Notes: a model not told the origin generated them from the letters alone. Counted from the stretch's first letter, positions 1 to 9,188 are shown. The stretch: 32,000 nt of DNA from Nitrosopumilus maritimus SCM1 (GCF_000018465.1 NC_010085.1:1560001-1592000), one strand, 5' to 3'. Translations and numbers: made by a program.

Positions 1-1
1 A

Positions 2-610
2 GAGTTAACTGGAGAAGCACTACGACAAAGAGCAATTATTGGAATCCTTGCAGGAGATGCAAATCCTGCTGAAAGAACTAGAACAGGGATATCACAAAAT
101 ATGGCAAAAAAACAAGGAATTGCCTGGAAAAACATCTACTCAGGGATTTTTCGAGATTTGGATGAAATTCTGCTACCAATGGGGATTGCAGAGGAAGACG
201 GCAGATTACCTCTTCAGAGAGGTCCCAAGGCCCTTCAAGAAAAAGGAATTCCATATTATCATCTCACAAAAAAAGGGATTTTGATCGCTCTTTCAATTAG
301 CGATATCAAGAATAGAGAAAAATTGCTAAAAGAATTTTTCTCAAAGTCTGAATCTGAAGAAAAAGAGTTTGAAAAGATTCTATCTAGTCTATTAAAGAAT
401 AGCCCAAAATTTGCATACTCTATTTTTCAAAAATATGTCAAGGCATTTTGCGATAATAAAATTAAGGAATTACTCCCATTTGATCTGACAAAATTGAAGG
501 AGATTTCAGATGAATCATTGGAAATCCAAAAGGAGATTCTTGTAGCGTTTGTGGAACTCTCAAAGCAGGAAAAAGAGGATGCCATCAAATTTCTAGACAA
601 AATCACTTAG
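2..610 (+). CDS. Conserved hypothetical protein, 5'-truncated by the window edge
   Basis: The frame of the 101..610 ORF stays open upstream to the window start (ELTGEALRQRAIIGILAGDANPAERTRTGISQNMAKKQ...), so 101 is probably an internal Met. Confidence 0.6.
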   Translation, partial: ELTGEALRQRAIIGILAGDANPAERTRTGISQNMAKKQGIAWKNIYSGIFRDLDEILLPMGIAEEDGRLPLQRGPKALQEKGIPYYHLTKKGILIALSISDIKNREKLLKEFFSKSESEEKEFEKILSSLLKNSPKFAYSIFQKYVKAFCDNKIKELLPFDLTKLKEISDESLEIQKEILVAFVELSKQEKEDAIKFLDKIT

Positions 611-669
611 AATTTGTTCCTATAGAGATCGCCAAACATTAAAATCCGTTACTCATAAACAATTTTCAA

Positions 670-1704
670 ATGGGCAAGAACGTCTATGCATCAGTAAAGT
701 CATACAGCCAAAGAGGAAAATTACTCAGTAGGGCTGATTTTCAGACACTGGCAGAATCAAGAGATCTTGATGAATTTATGACCAGAATAAAGAACACCAT
801 TTATGGTGATTCAATTAATGATGTTCAAAAACCATATACTTCACAAGGTATTGAATCAGCATTTAGAGGACATTTGGCTGATGTCCATTACTCCATTGCA
901 AAAACTGCTGGCGATTCTGATATTCTTGATGCATATTATATGAAGTTCATAATTTCAAATCTAAAATTAATACTAAAAGGCAAGGTTTTAGGTAAATCAC
1001 AAGAAGAGATTGAGAATCACATCAATCTACGTGCAGAAGAATTAGTTAAACAACGAGATATCATAATCAAATCCCTTGTTGCAAAAGATCTTGAAGAGGC
1101 AGTTGCAAGTCTAAATTCAGTTCAATTTGGAGATGAGATTGCAAAGGCTGCAACACTTTACAACGAAACAAAAAACATCCAAGTCTTTGACACGTATTTT
1201 GATAAAATTTTGTACCAACAACTAGGACGAGCTTTGAAGAATACAAGAGATAGAGATGTCATAAAGATTGTCGGAATGGATGTTGACTTTTACAATCTTC
1301 TTAGTGTGATTAGAGGAAAATTCTGGGGATTAGAAGAATCACAAATTCAAGATTTGATTGTGACTCAAACTCCAACTGTCCCAAGAGAACTTCTTGGAAG
1401 AATGATGGCAGCAGGTTCAGTCAGAGATGCACTAAATGAGCTTGCCACAACCAAATACAAAGACATGATTCCACAGATGGAAAATGAGTTAGATGCAGTT
1501 GCCGAATTTGAAAGAGCATTTGAGATGAGCATTTATCATTCATCTGCCAGAGCATTTACCAAGATGTTTAGTTTTGCAACAATCATAGGAATCACAAAAC
1601 TAACGGGCTTTGAAGTAAGGAATTTGGCTGCAATTGCATATGCAGTAGAGCAAAAAATTCCTACAGAAACAACAATGTCAAAATTGATTCTTGAAGAAGA
1701 ATAG
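670..1704 (+). CDS. atpC: A-type (V-type-like) ATP synthase subunit C
   Basis: 344-aa ORF of the right length with subunit C/AC39-like helical repeats (YASVKSYSQRGKLLSRADFQTLAE..., GMDVDFYNLLSVIRGKFWGL). Confidence 0.85.
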   Translation: MGKNVYASVKSYSQRGKLLSRADFQTLAESRDLDEFMTRIKNTIYGDSINDVQKPYTSQGIESAFRGHLADVHYSIAKTAGDSDILDAYYMKFIISNLKLILKGKVLGKSQEEIENHINLRAEELVKQRDIIIKSLVAKDLEEAVASLNSVQFGDEIAKAATLYNETKNIQVFDTYFDKILYQQLGRALKNTRDRDVIKIVGMDVDFYNLLSVIRGKFWGLEESQIQDLIVTQTPTVPRELLGRMMAAGSVRDALNELATTKYKDMIPQMENELDAVAEFERAFEMSIYHSSARAFTKMFSFATIIGITKLTGFEVRNLAAIAYAVEQKIPTETTMSKLILEEE

Positions 1705-1712
1705 ATCTGAAA

Positions 1713-1949
1713 ATGATAAAATTTCCAAAGAAGAAAAATGAGATAACAACAGAGACAGTAATCAATACTATTTGGGTCAGTGCATTTATGGCCATGATAT
1801 TTTCATTGCCACCTTTAGCATTATTTTTGGGAATTTACTTTTGGGCAGGTGAATTAGCAATAGGCGCAATTGTTGGCTTTGGAGTACATTTTGTAACATT
1901 AGCATTTGCAGGCAGAATCTCAAAATTTTTGACCAACATAATGAGTTAA
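1713..1949 (+). CDS. Small membrane protein, two predicted TM segments
   Basis: 78-aa ORF 9 nt after atpC; hydrophobic segments TIWVSAFMAMIFSLPPLALFLGIYF and LAIGAIVGFGVHFVTLAFAG. Confidence 0.65.
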   Translation: MIKFPKKKNEITTETVINTIWVSAFMAMIFSLPPLALFLGIYFWAGELAIGAIVGFGVHFVTLAFAGRISKFLTNIMS

Positions 1950-1982
1950 CCTATAAGGATCCAATTATCTAAGTGATGTACC

Positions 1983-2630
1983 ATGATGGGAGATAGAGAT
2001 TTTCGAACTACTATTCAAAATGCCATAAAATCAATTGGAAATGAACTAGAAATTGATATAGATTCAAAGGATTTTGAAACTATCCACCTTCAAGAAGTCG
2101 TTAGGTGTATGAGACGCTCATACTATGACAGAGTAGAACCTCTAGAAATTGAGAGAAGGGGATTCAATGAGCTTCTTTCAGGATTATTAAGAAAACTGGA
2201 ATATGGTAGCAATCCAAAGGATTTTGACATAAACGAGATCAAGCTCCGAGGACAAGCAGATATGATGGTAGATGATGCAATTCTCCTATTCAGATCAGCT
2301 ACTGAAGAATTAGAAAATCCTCATGCAAGTGATGTCTTGTACCTTAATGCATGCATGTGGATATATGACAAAGAAGATGGGATGATAGTCTACATCACAG
2401 GAGATAGAAAAGAATCAACATTTTCACTAACACGGAACAAAAAGATGTTCGAAGACACCATACGTAGGGTTCGAGTTCTAAACAATCTTCTCAAAGAACA
2501 AAAAACACCAATCTTAGAGCCATCAGCAGAGTGTACTGAATGTCAATATTATGAGAGATGTTTCACAAAGAGGAAGAATACAAAACAGACATCTCTTGCT
2601 GAAATGTTAGGACTGGGCAAACAAGACTAG
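1983..2630 (+). CDS. Cas4/RecB-like (PD-(D/E)XK superfamily-like) protein with a four-Cys arrangement
   Basis: 215-aa ORF: N-terminal CMRRSYYDR (Cas4-like CxRxxYY), central LRGQADMMVDDAILLFRS, C-terminal CTECQYYERC. Assigned from motif layout only. Confidence 0.55.
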   Translation: MMGDRDFRTTIQNAIKSIGNELEIDIDSKDFETIHLQEVVRCMRRSYYDRVEPLEIERRGFNELLSGLLRKLEYGSNPKDFDINEIKLRGQADMMVDDAILLFRSATEELENPHASDVLYLNACMWIYDKEDGMIVYITGDRKESTFSLTRNKKMFEDTIRRVRVLNNLLKEQKTPILEPSAECTECQYYERCFTKRKNTKQTSLAEMLGLGKQD

Positions 2631-2674
2631 TTAGATAAATGAAAAATATTGTAAAGGAATAATTTCCTTTTTGT

Positions 2675-2785
2675 TTAATCGAGTGGTTCTGGATGTCCTT
2701 TACCACGAAGAGCGAAACACACTACTGCTAGTGCAATTGCGACTCCTGCTGCTGCGCCAAATGCGGCCATTCCTGCTTCTGCCAT
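2675..2785 (-). CDS. 36-aa single-TM microprotein
   Basis: Manual minus-strand translation gives MAEAGMAAFGAAAGVAIALAVVCFALRGKGHPEPLD*. TATA-like TTATAAAA (plus 2810-2817) lies about 28 nt upstream of the ATG. Below the ORF track length cutoff. Confidence 0.5.
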   Translation of the reverse strand: MAEAGMAAFGAAAGVAIALAVVCFALRGKGHPEPLD

Positions 2786-2874
2786 TTGATAAAATCCCAA
2801 TGAAATTGCTTTTATAACTTTGCCAATATTTTGTCTCTAAAAACAAATTATCACAATTTCAAAATTTTATGATA

Positions 2875-3429
2875 CTATTGAGTAAATTCAAAGAATAGTT
2901 CATTTTCATGACCGCTAGTCATAGAACTTAAATTGTAAAACACGACACCTGAAACTTTCCAAGTGTTGGTATTTGATTCAAAATCAGACCATAATTCAGG
3001 AGTGTTACCAGAATTTTTTAACACAATCTCATCTCGCAAAATGATAGAGTTTCCACCAAGCAGAGTATAGTAATTTGAACCAAATTCTACCATTCCTTCT
3101 GCCCTATGACCAATCTGTCCTCCGCCAATCTGTTCAGATTGAGAGTATCCTGTTTCATACAATTGGTAATCCATTGTTGTAACCATCATAGAACCTTCGT
3201 TAGGATTTTTGATTTCAAATGCAATATCGATTGTTGCAGAACGTTCAGATATTTTTGAAACAACAATCTCTTCTAACTCTATTACAAGAGGTTTAACTTG
3301 TGGAACGTTTGAACCATCAGTCATTTGTGCTGGAGATTCTAGATCAATGGAAGGTCCCATAATCAAAATTCCACCTAATGCTGCAGCAAGTGCAGCAACT
3401 GCAACTCCAACAAAAATTTTAGGATTCAT
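2875..3429 (-). CDS. Membrane-anchored extracytoplasmic protein, LEA14/WHy-like beta domain
   Basis: N-terminal hydrophobic anchor (KIFVGVAVAALAAALGGILIMG), then beta-rich FEIKNPNEGSMMVTTMDYQLYETG. Resembles the 31012..31506 product. Confidence 0.55.
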   Translation of the reverse strand: MNPKIFVGVAVAALAAALGGILIMGPSIDLESPAQMTDGSNVPQVKPLVIELEEIVVSKISERSATIDIAFEIKNPNEGSMMVTTMDYQLYETGYSQSEQIGGGQIGHRAEGMVEFGSNYYTLLGGNSIILRDEIVLKNSGNTPELWSDFESNTNTWKVSGVVFYNLSSMTSGHENELFFEFTQ

Positions 3430-3500
3430 AATTCTTGCAAACTCCTTTGATTTCTTAAATGTTGAGATAGTTATTATACCATTGGGGGGGGAGAAAAATT

Positions 3501-3851
3501 ATGCAGTATTTTCAAGCAGTACAACAAGGCAAACAAAGAGCAGGAAAATCTCAAATGAAGATGTTTGAGGCAGCAGGATTTGGAATGTTAACTTTAACCA
3601 CAAAAAAAGTGGATGGAAAATTCCAACCGGTAGGAGAAGAAGATTTCACAGCAGTTGTCAACTCAGAGGAAGGATATGTAACCATAATAGTAGACAGTGA
3701 CGGATATACCAAAGCTCAATCAAAGGCACTTGAAAAAGAAGAAGCTCTCTCAATTTACAAAAAACTGCGAGATTCAGGAGTTGAAGAATATCCTGGAAAA
3801 GAGATCATGATATGGACTGAAACCAGACCCACAGTCCAAAATGAATCCTAA
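3501..3851 (+). CDS. Conserved hypothetical protein
   Basis: 116-aa ORF, adjacent to well-supported genes, with no competing frame beyond its length. Confidence 0.6.
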   Translation: MQYFQAVQQGKQRAGKSQMKMFEAAGFGMLTLTTKKVDGKFQPVGEEDFTAVVNSEEGYVTIIVDSDGYTKAQSKALEKEEALSIYKKLRDSGVEEYPGKEIMIWTETRPTVQNES

Positions 3852-3853
3852 GA

Positions 3854-4537
3854 CTATTTTGTTGGAATAATTATTTCAGTTCCCAAATTACCGCCTTTAA
3901 TGGCTTTTTCAATAATTTTTGGACTTGCTTTGAGAATTCTTGTTTTAATTTTTGAGCGCTCAATAATTTTGAGTGCAACTATATCCATGAGATCATATCC
4001 TCCTGCTACAGAATCCTCATGAACTAACATGTTTTTGAGATTTTTCAATTCAATTCGTTTGAATTTTTTTGCTTTTTTGAATTTGTTAGGATCCATATCG
4101 TAAACTCCATCAACATCAGTAGCATTAAGAAACTGTTCAGCTTTTACTTTCTCTGCAATCAATGCAGCAGTACCATTAGTGCTTTGACCAGGATGAAGTC
4201 CTCCAGCAACAACAATCAATCCGTCATCTACTGCATGTCTTACTTCTTGTAGTGTAGTTGGGGGATGAGAATATGCTTTGTTTTTTAGAGCATAAATCAA
4301 CAGTTTTGCATTTAATCTAGAAATTTCAATTCCTAATTCATCAAGGGTGGATTCATCAGCTCCTGAAGATCTTGCATGATTAATGTAATGTCTAGCAATG
4401 TTTCCACCTCCAGCAATAATTATTGGCTGGCATACCTTACTGATTTTTACTAGAAATTCTGCCCAATCTTTGAGAAGTTTGACATTATCCATGGCAAAAA
4501 CTCTACCAGATAGTTTGATTACAATTCTTTTTTTCAC
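3854..4537 (-). CDS. pyrH: UMP kinase, archaeal type (amino-acid kinase fold)
   Basis: [36 protein letters not shown] motifs; 227 aa. Confidence 0.9.
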   Translation of the reverse strand: MKKRIVIKLSGRVFAMDNVKLLKDWAEFLVKISKVCQPIIIAGGGNIARHYINHARSSGADESTLDELGIEISRLNAKLLIYALKNKAYSHPPTTLQEVRHAVDDGLIVVAGGLHPGQSTNGTAALIAEKVKAEQFLNATDVDGVYDMDPNKFKKAKKFKRIELKNLKNMLVHEDSVAGGYDLMDIVALKIIERSKIKTRILKASPKIIEKAIKGGNLGTEIIIPTK

Positions 4538-5769
4538 TCTAGTTCACCAATGATGGATTTTGCGGCAATTTCAACTTTTTTTCTATTCTTTTGATTAGTA
4601 TAGATTCTCAGGATATTCATAAAGCCAGAAATTGCCGAGACTACAGGTATTTCAGAAATAGGCATCTCTTTTGCAGAAGATTTTCCACCCTCATTTGTGA
4701 TTAGAATTATCGATTTTGACTCATTTTTTGATGGTGCAAGTGGAATAGAAGGTGTTACAGAACTATCAACAAAAATCTCATTTTCATCAACTTTGGATTT
4801 TTTGGATATGGCAGATCTGAGTTCATTTGTTTTTATTTTCTTTAGATTTTTTCTACTTGTCAAAATGCTTTCAAATACACATTTTAGCAATTTTCTATTT
4901 TGATAATCTTGTGCAAATTTTCTTGCTCGTTTTAATTTAGGAGTTTTTGAGGAGATTAGACTGGAGAGAACATGTTCGTCTGTTAGTTGAACAAATTCAT
5001 CTAGATTAAAAGTAGAGAATCCAAATTCATCATCTGAAGATCGTAGTGCTTCAAGCAACATCACTTCTGCAGCTCTTACTGTCTTGTGAAAATAAACTGC
5101 TTTGAACATTTGATATCTTGAATGCATCATAGATTCAAATGAATACAGTGCAGAGCGCTCTAATGCAAGTTTCTTTTGATGCACATCAAGTGATTGTGTA
5201 ATTCTTTTATGATCAATTTTTGCATGTTCTGCTCCTGTAAAATAACCATCTCTAAGAAGATAATCCATCATATCTGCACTAAGAGCACCTGAAACAATTT
5301 CATTCATGTATTGAAATTTTGAATCACCAAACGCGATTTTTGTTACAAGTTTTTTATCAAAACCATTTTTTGTCAAAATATCACCAATTTCAGATTTTAG
5401 AATAATCTCTTTTCCAAAATCTTCATGAGAAATTTTCTTTTCTTGAATTATTTCTTCAAAGAGGTGAGAAAATGGCCCATGACCAATATCATGCAAAAGA
5501 CCTGCCAACCTGAGAATCTCGATGTCATCGGATTTGAAAAATCCTTTTTCATTTAGCGCATGACCTGCCTGACTAGCAATGTGCATTACTCCAAGAGAGT
5601 GCTCAAATCTAGTATGCTGTGCAGCAGGATATGTCAAATGTGCACCAGATAATTGTCTAATTCTTCGTAACCGCTGGAAAATAGGATTATCAATTATGGA
5701 TAGTTCATGATCATAAACTCGAATAAAATCATGAATAGGATCTATAATGTCTAGATAATTTTTTTTCAT
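4534..5769 (-). CDS. HD-domain phosphohydrolase, dNTPase/SAMHD1-like
   Basis: [18 protein letters not shown] and [15 protein letters not shown] motifs; gene ends overlap pyrH and tmk by 4 nt each. Confidence 0.85.
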   Translation of the reverse strand: MKKNYLDIIDPIHDFIRVYDHELSIIDNPIFQRLRRIRQLSGAHLTYPAAQHTRFEHSLGVMHIASQAGHALNEKGFFKSDDIEILRLAGLLHDIGHGPFSHLFEEIIQEKKISHEDFGKEIILKSEIGDILTKNGFDKKLVTKIAFGDSKFQYMNEIVSGALSADMMDYLLRDGYFTGAEHAKIDHKRITQSLDVHQKKLALERSALYSFESMMHSRYQMFKAVYFHKTVRAAEVMLLEALRSSDDEFGFSTFNLDEFVQLTDEHVLSSLISSKTPKLKRARKFAQDYQNRKLLKCVFESILTSRKNLKKIKTNELRSAISKKSKVDENEIFVDSSVTPSIPLAPSKNESKSIILITNEGGKSSAKEMPISEIPVVSAISGFMNILRIYTNQKNRKKVEIAAKSIIGELE

Positions 5770-6347
5770 AATCCTATTTTCTTTGAAAATGTCTTCATGA
5801 TTTCTTCATGAACCTCTTGTTTAGATTTTGTAGCATCAATTATTTTCCAACGTTTTTTCTTTGCAGTGGTTTTGTAGATTCTAGAAATCTTTCTCAAAAA
5901 TTCTTCATTTTTCTCAAATTTGTCTCGATTGGTTTTTTGTCTGTTAAAGGATTCTTTTTGTGTGACATCAAGTAAAATTACAAGATCTGCTTTTGGTAGT
6001 CCTGCATCTAGACTTTCAAGCCATTTTTCTTTCATTCCATTTGCAAGACCATATACTAGATTTGAATGGTAATATCTATTCATTATAAGAACAGAATTTT
6101 TTTCTTGAGCAGTTTTAATCTGTTCTAGTTTTTCCCATCTATTTGCAGACAGTAAACAATGAATTACTTGTGGGGGGAATTTCCTTTTTCCATCAAGATA
6201 TTGCCTAATCTCTTTTCCAATATGGGTTTTGTAATCTGGAAAATGAAACAATTTGGTTTTGATTTTTCTTTTTTTGAGTGCTTTTTCTAGCATAGTTGAC
6301 TGTGTTAGTTTTCCTGCTTGATCTCCACCTTCAATTACGATTATCAT
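5766..6347 (-). CDS. tmk: Thymidylate (dTMP) kinase, divergent
   Basis: P-loop IEGGDQAGKLTQS, IHCLLSANRWEK, NRYYHSNLVYGLANG; 193 aa. Confidence 0.8.
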   Translation of the reverse strand: MIIVIEGGDQAGKLTQSTMLEKALKKRKIKTKLFHFPDYKTHIGKEIRQYLDGKRKFPPQVIHCLLSANRWEKLEQIKTAQEKNSVLIMNRYYHSNLVYGLANGMKEKWLESLDAGLPKADLVILLDVTQKESFNRQKTNRDKFEKNEEFLRKISRIYKTTAKKKRWKIIDATKSKQEVHEEIMKTFSKKIGL

Positions 6348-6441
6348 AAGTTATCAAAACAGAGAAGTTAATTGATTAAAAATCTATCAAAGTTTTAAGA
6401 ATTTACGAATTGTTTATTATCTTCTTAAACTAATTCAAAAT

Positions 6442-6558
6442 ATGGCTGAAGAATATTCATGCGCTTATTGCGAATCAATTTTTGAGAGTAAAGATGATCT
6501 TTCAAAGCACATAGATAGAATTCACGGAGACTCTGGAATTCTAGAAGGCTCAAAATAA
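6442..6558 (+). CDS. 38-aa C2H2 zinc-finger microprotein
   Basis: Manual translation: MAEEYSCAYCESIFESKDDLSKHIDRIHGDSGILEGSK*, a C-X2-C-X12-H-X4-H finger. TATA-like TTTATTAT (6413-6420) sits at leaderless spacing. Absent from the ORF track because of length. Confidence 0.8.
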   Translation: MAEEYSCAYCESIFESKDDLSKHIDRIHGDSGILEGSK

Positions 6559-6628
6559 TCCTAAATTTTTTGTTTTAACTAAAATTTCTCTCAAGGTTTA
6601 TAACCAAAAATTTGCCACATAACATGAA

Positions 6629-7009
6629 ATGGGACTAGTAAAAGAAGTGATAAAAGAAATTGGAAACAAATCACGAGAATTTTACGAATTTGTATTACCA
6701 CCAATTGACATGTATCTTAATGATGACAACCTCAAAGTGGTTATTGACATCCCAGGATTCTCAAAAAAAGATATCAAACTAACATTATGTGGTGACATTC
6801 TATCAATTCAAGCATGCAAAGAAGTAGATGAGAAAGAATCTGAATCATTGATTTCAAAACAGAGACCAAACATCATTGATAAAAAAATCAGACTACCAAT
6901 TGATATCAAACAAGGTGAAGAAAAAATAGATTCAGCAAAATATGAAGATGGTGTATTAACACTAGTAATCCCTGTAACTAAAAAGGGAAAAGATATCTCA
7001 ATAGAATAA
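6629..7009 (+). CDS. Hsp20/alpha-crystallin family small heat-shock protein
   Basis: PPIDMYLNDDNLKVVIDIPGFSKKDIKLTLCGDILSIQA and YEDGVLTLVIP are characteristic of the Hsp20 core. Confidence 0.88.
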   Translation: MGLVKEVIKEIGNKSREFYEFVLPPIDMYLNDDNLKVVIDIPGFSKKDIKLTLCGDILSIQACKEVDEKESESLISKQRPNIIDKKIRLPIDIKQGEEKIDSAKYEDGVLTLVIPVTKKGKDISIE

Positions 7010-7012
7010 GAC

Positions 7013-8557
7013 CTAGTGTTTTCTAAAAATTGCAGAACCGATCATTATTAGACCAGAAGCAATCATTCCAGAAATGCCAAATATTTCATTTGTTTGATAT
7101 AGTAATACTGAACCAATAAAAATTGCAGATGCAAAAATACTTCCACCAAGAAATACCATTGGCTTTCTTTTTTGCATAGAAAATTTAGCTTCATCCATGA
7201 ACTTTTCCATTTCAGGTCCTAATCGTAATGCTGAATCAATTGATTTTGCAAACTTGTCAAATGATATCTTTAGCTCTTCAACGTATGCTTTTGGAATCAT
7301 GTTTTCTTCTTGTAAAATATTTCTTAGAACTTTGACAAATTTGAAATCAACATCATGTGTTTTGTAAATTCCTTCAATTATTGATGCCATTCTCATGTAA
7401 AGAGCCAAATTCTTTGGTAAAACAAATGGAAACTTACTCATTGTTTGATTTGCAAGCTCCATCAAACTTTGAACTTCCATCTCATCAGGTTTGTTTCCAT
7501 GCATTGCACGAATAGATAGTTCAATTCCTTTTTCGATAACTTGTCTGTTATATCCAGGAGTAAGCATTCCCAATTCTGCCATAGCGTTGACTACTCTGGG
7601 AGGATTTTTTTCAACTAGTGCAAGGTATAGTCGTATGAGTTTGTATCGTGTTTCATTGTTTATTCTTCCCACCATACCATAATCATAGAGAATTAGTTTT
7701 CCATCATCAGTTACCGAGATATTTCCTGGGTGAGGATCTGCATGGAAAAGAGAATGTTTGAGAAGCATGGTGAAAAAGACCTTGTGAACATCAATTACTA
7801 GTTGTTCTCTATCAACGCCTTTCTCATCAAGTGCCTGTACATTTGTAACCTTAATTCCTGGTAAATATTCCATAGTCAGGACATTTTTTGAGGAATAATC
7901 ATCATAAACTGAGGGAACAATAACTTTGTCATTGTTTTCCATATCTTGTTTGATTTTTTTGAGATTCTCAGATTCGTTTGTGTAATCCATCTCTTCTCTA
8001 ATGGTTTCAATAAATTGAGAAAGCATTGCTTTTGCAGAGTATCTAAGATTAGGATCAACAAATCTCAAAGCAAGTGGCAGGATTTTCTTTAGAACTTTTA
8101 GATCCTCTTTTACAACTTGTTCAATGCCAGGTCTTTTTACTTTGATGACAATTTGTTGTCCAGAAATAGAACCACGATAAACTTGACCTAATGATGCGCC
8201 AGATATGGAGTTTGTATCAATATCATCAAATTTTTCGTTAATTGGTCCAAGATCTTTTTCAATAATTGGTTTTACTTGTTCAAATGGTGCAGATGGAACG
8301 CTGTCTTGTAGTTTAGATAGTTCTTCAAGATATGGTTGAGGTAGAATATCTGCCCTAGATGACAACCATTGTCCTAGTTTGATGTATACAGGTCCCAAAG
8401 AGACAAAAGTGTCAAGAGCTTTTCTTGCATTTTTTCTGAATTGTTCAGAATCAATTGTATTTTTTTCTTGTTGTGTCCATTTTTTTCTATCTTTTCGTAG
8501 AGCCAAAATTGATGGCAAGAGTTTGATCAACACATAGATTGTTCTTCCAGCAGACAT
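7013..8557 (-). CDS. ABC1/UbiB-family atypical protein kinase-like protein
   Basis: KLGQWLSSRADILPQPYLEELSKLQD, GASLGQVYRG, HADPHPGNI, LYDYGMVG, and two C-terminal TM segments. Confidence 0.9.
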   Translation of the reverse strand: MSAGRTIYVLIKLLPSILALRKDRKKWTQQEKNTIDSEQFRKNARKALDTFVSLGPVYIKLGQWLSSRADILPQPYLEELSKLQDSVPSAPFEQVKPIIEKDLGPINEKFDDIDTNSISGASLGQVYRGSISGQQIVIKVKRPGIEQVVKEDLKVLKKILPLALRFVDPNLRYSAKAMLSQFIETIREEMDYTNESENLKKIKQDMENNDKVIVPSVYDDYSSKNVLTMEYLPGIKVTNVQALDEKGVDREQLVIDVHKVFFTMLLKHSLFHADPHPGNISVTDDGKLILYDYGMVGRINNETRYKLIRLYLALVEKNPPRVVNAMAELGMLTPGYNRQVIEKGIELSIRAMHGNKPDEMEVQSLMELANQTMSKFPFVLPKNLALYMRMASIIEGIYKTHDVDFKFVKVLRNILQEENMIPKAYVEELKISFDKFAKSIDSALRLGPEMEKFMDEAKFSMQKRKPMVFLGGSIFASAIFIGSVLLYQTNEIFGISGMIASGLIMIGSAIFRKH

Positions 8558-8560
8558 TAT

Positions 8561-8944
8561 TTACTCCAAATAATCTTTAATCTTTTTTGATGCAACATAT
8601 CCAATATATCCAGAAAGAACTGATGAGATCAATCCAGATGTTAAAGAAAGTTTTTTTGAATTATTATTAAAAACAGATTTTGCAATTTTAGAACCACCAA
8701 AAATTCCACATGCTAAACCAATCAAGACTTCTGGTGCATCATAAACAAGATGGCCAATAGGATCTTTTCTTGGATCAATTTTATCAGTATGTACTAGGAA
8801 TTTGTCATCATACTCTCTAATGTGCAAATTACCATAACGATATTGTTTTAGTGCACCATTTTTTTGTCCAAGAACAGTTTCTTCAGCACCGTCAATCATG
8901 AATTCACGTAATTCCTTTGGAACTTCAATCTCATCAAATGGCAT
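8561..8944 (-). CDS. Conserved hypothetical membrane protein
   Basis: 127-aa ORF directly upstream of the UbiB-like gene on the same strand, with C-terminal hydrophobic segments. Confidence 0.6.
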   Translation of the reverse strand: MPFDEIEVPKELREFMIDGAEETVLGQKNGALKQYRYGNLHIREYDDKFLVHTDKIDPRKDPIGHLVYDAPEVLIGLACGIFGGSKIAKSVFNNNSKKLSLTSGLISSVLSGYIGYVASKKIKDYLE

Positions 8945-8999
8945 GATCGCAAGATCGACTAATTGCTTATATTTTTAGTGTAAAAAGTAGTATACTAAA

Positions 9000-9188
9000 T
9001 TAATTTTTGAGCCTGTCTTTTGTAAATATCACAAAACTAATTCCAAATGCGATAAGCATTCCAATTCCAGTTGCATATGCATAATTGAATCCAACACCAG
9101 GATGTACTTCCTCATGATAATTATTTATCAAAAATGTAGCAACTAGCAAAATAGAGCCAATTATCGTTAATTTTCTATGAAGTTCCAA
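9000..9188 (-). CDS. Small two-TM membrane protein
   Basis: 62-aa ORF: MELHRKLTIIGSILLVATFLINNYHEEVHPGVGFNYAYATGIGMLIAFGISFVIFTKDRLKN. Confidence 0.6.
   Translation of the reverse strand: MELHRKLTIIGSILLVATFLINNYHEEVHPGVGFNYAYATGIGMLIAFGISFVIFTKDRLKN

Noticed and set aside
39-284. 81-aa ORF at the window start
   Set aside because: Overlaps the longer frame that is open from position 2 to 610; composition looks like a shadow frame.
1983-2630. Possible CRISPR-Cas locus because of the Cas4-like protein
   Set aside because: No Cas1, Cas2, effector genes or regularly spaced direct repeats are visible in the window.
7491-7682. Plus-strand 63-aa ORF inside the UbiB-like gene
   Set aside because: Antisense shadow ORF within a well-supported kinase gene; no promoter or family signal.
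7876-8061. Minus-strand 61-aa ORF inside the UbiB-like gene
   Set aside because: Out-of-frame shadow on the same strand as a conserved coding sequence.
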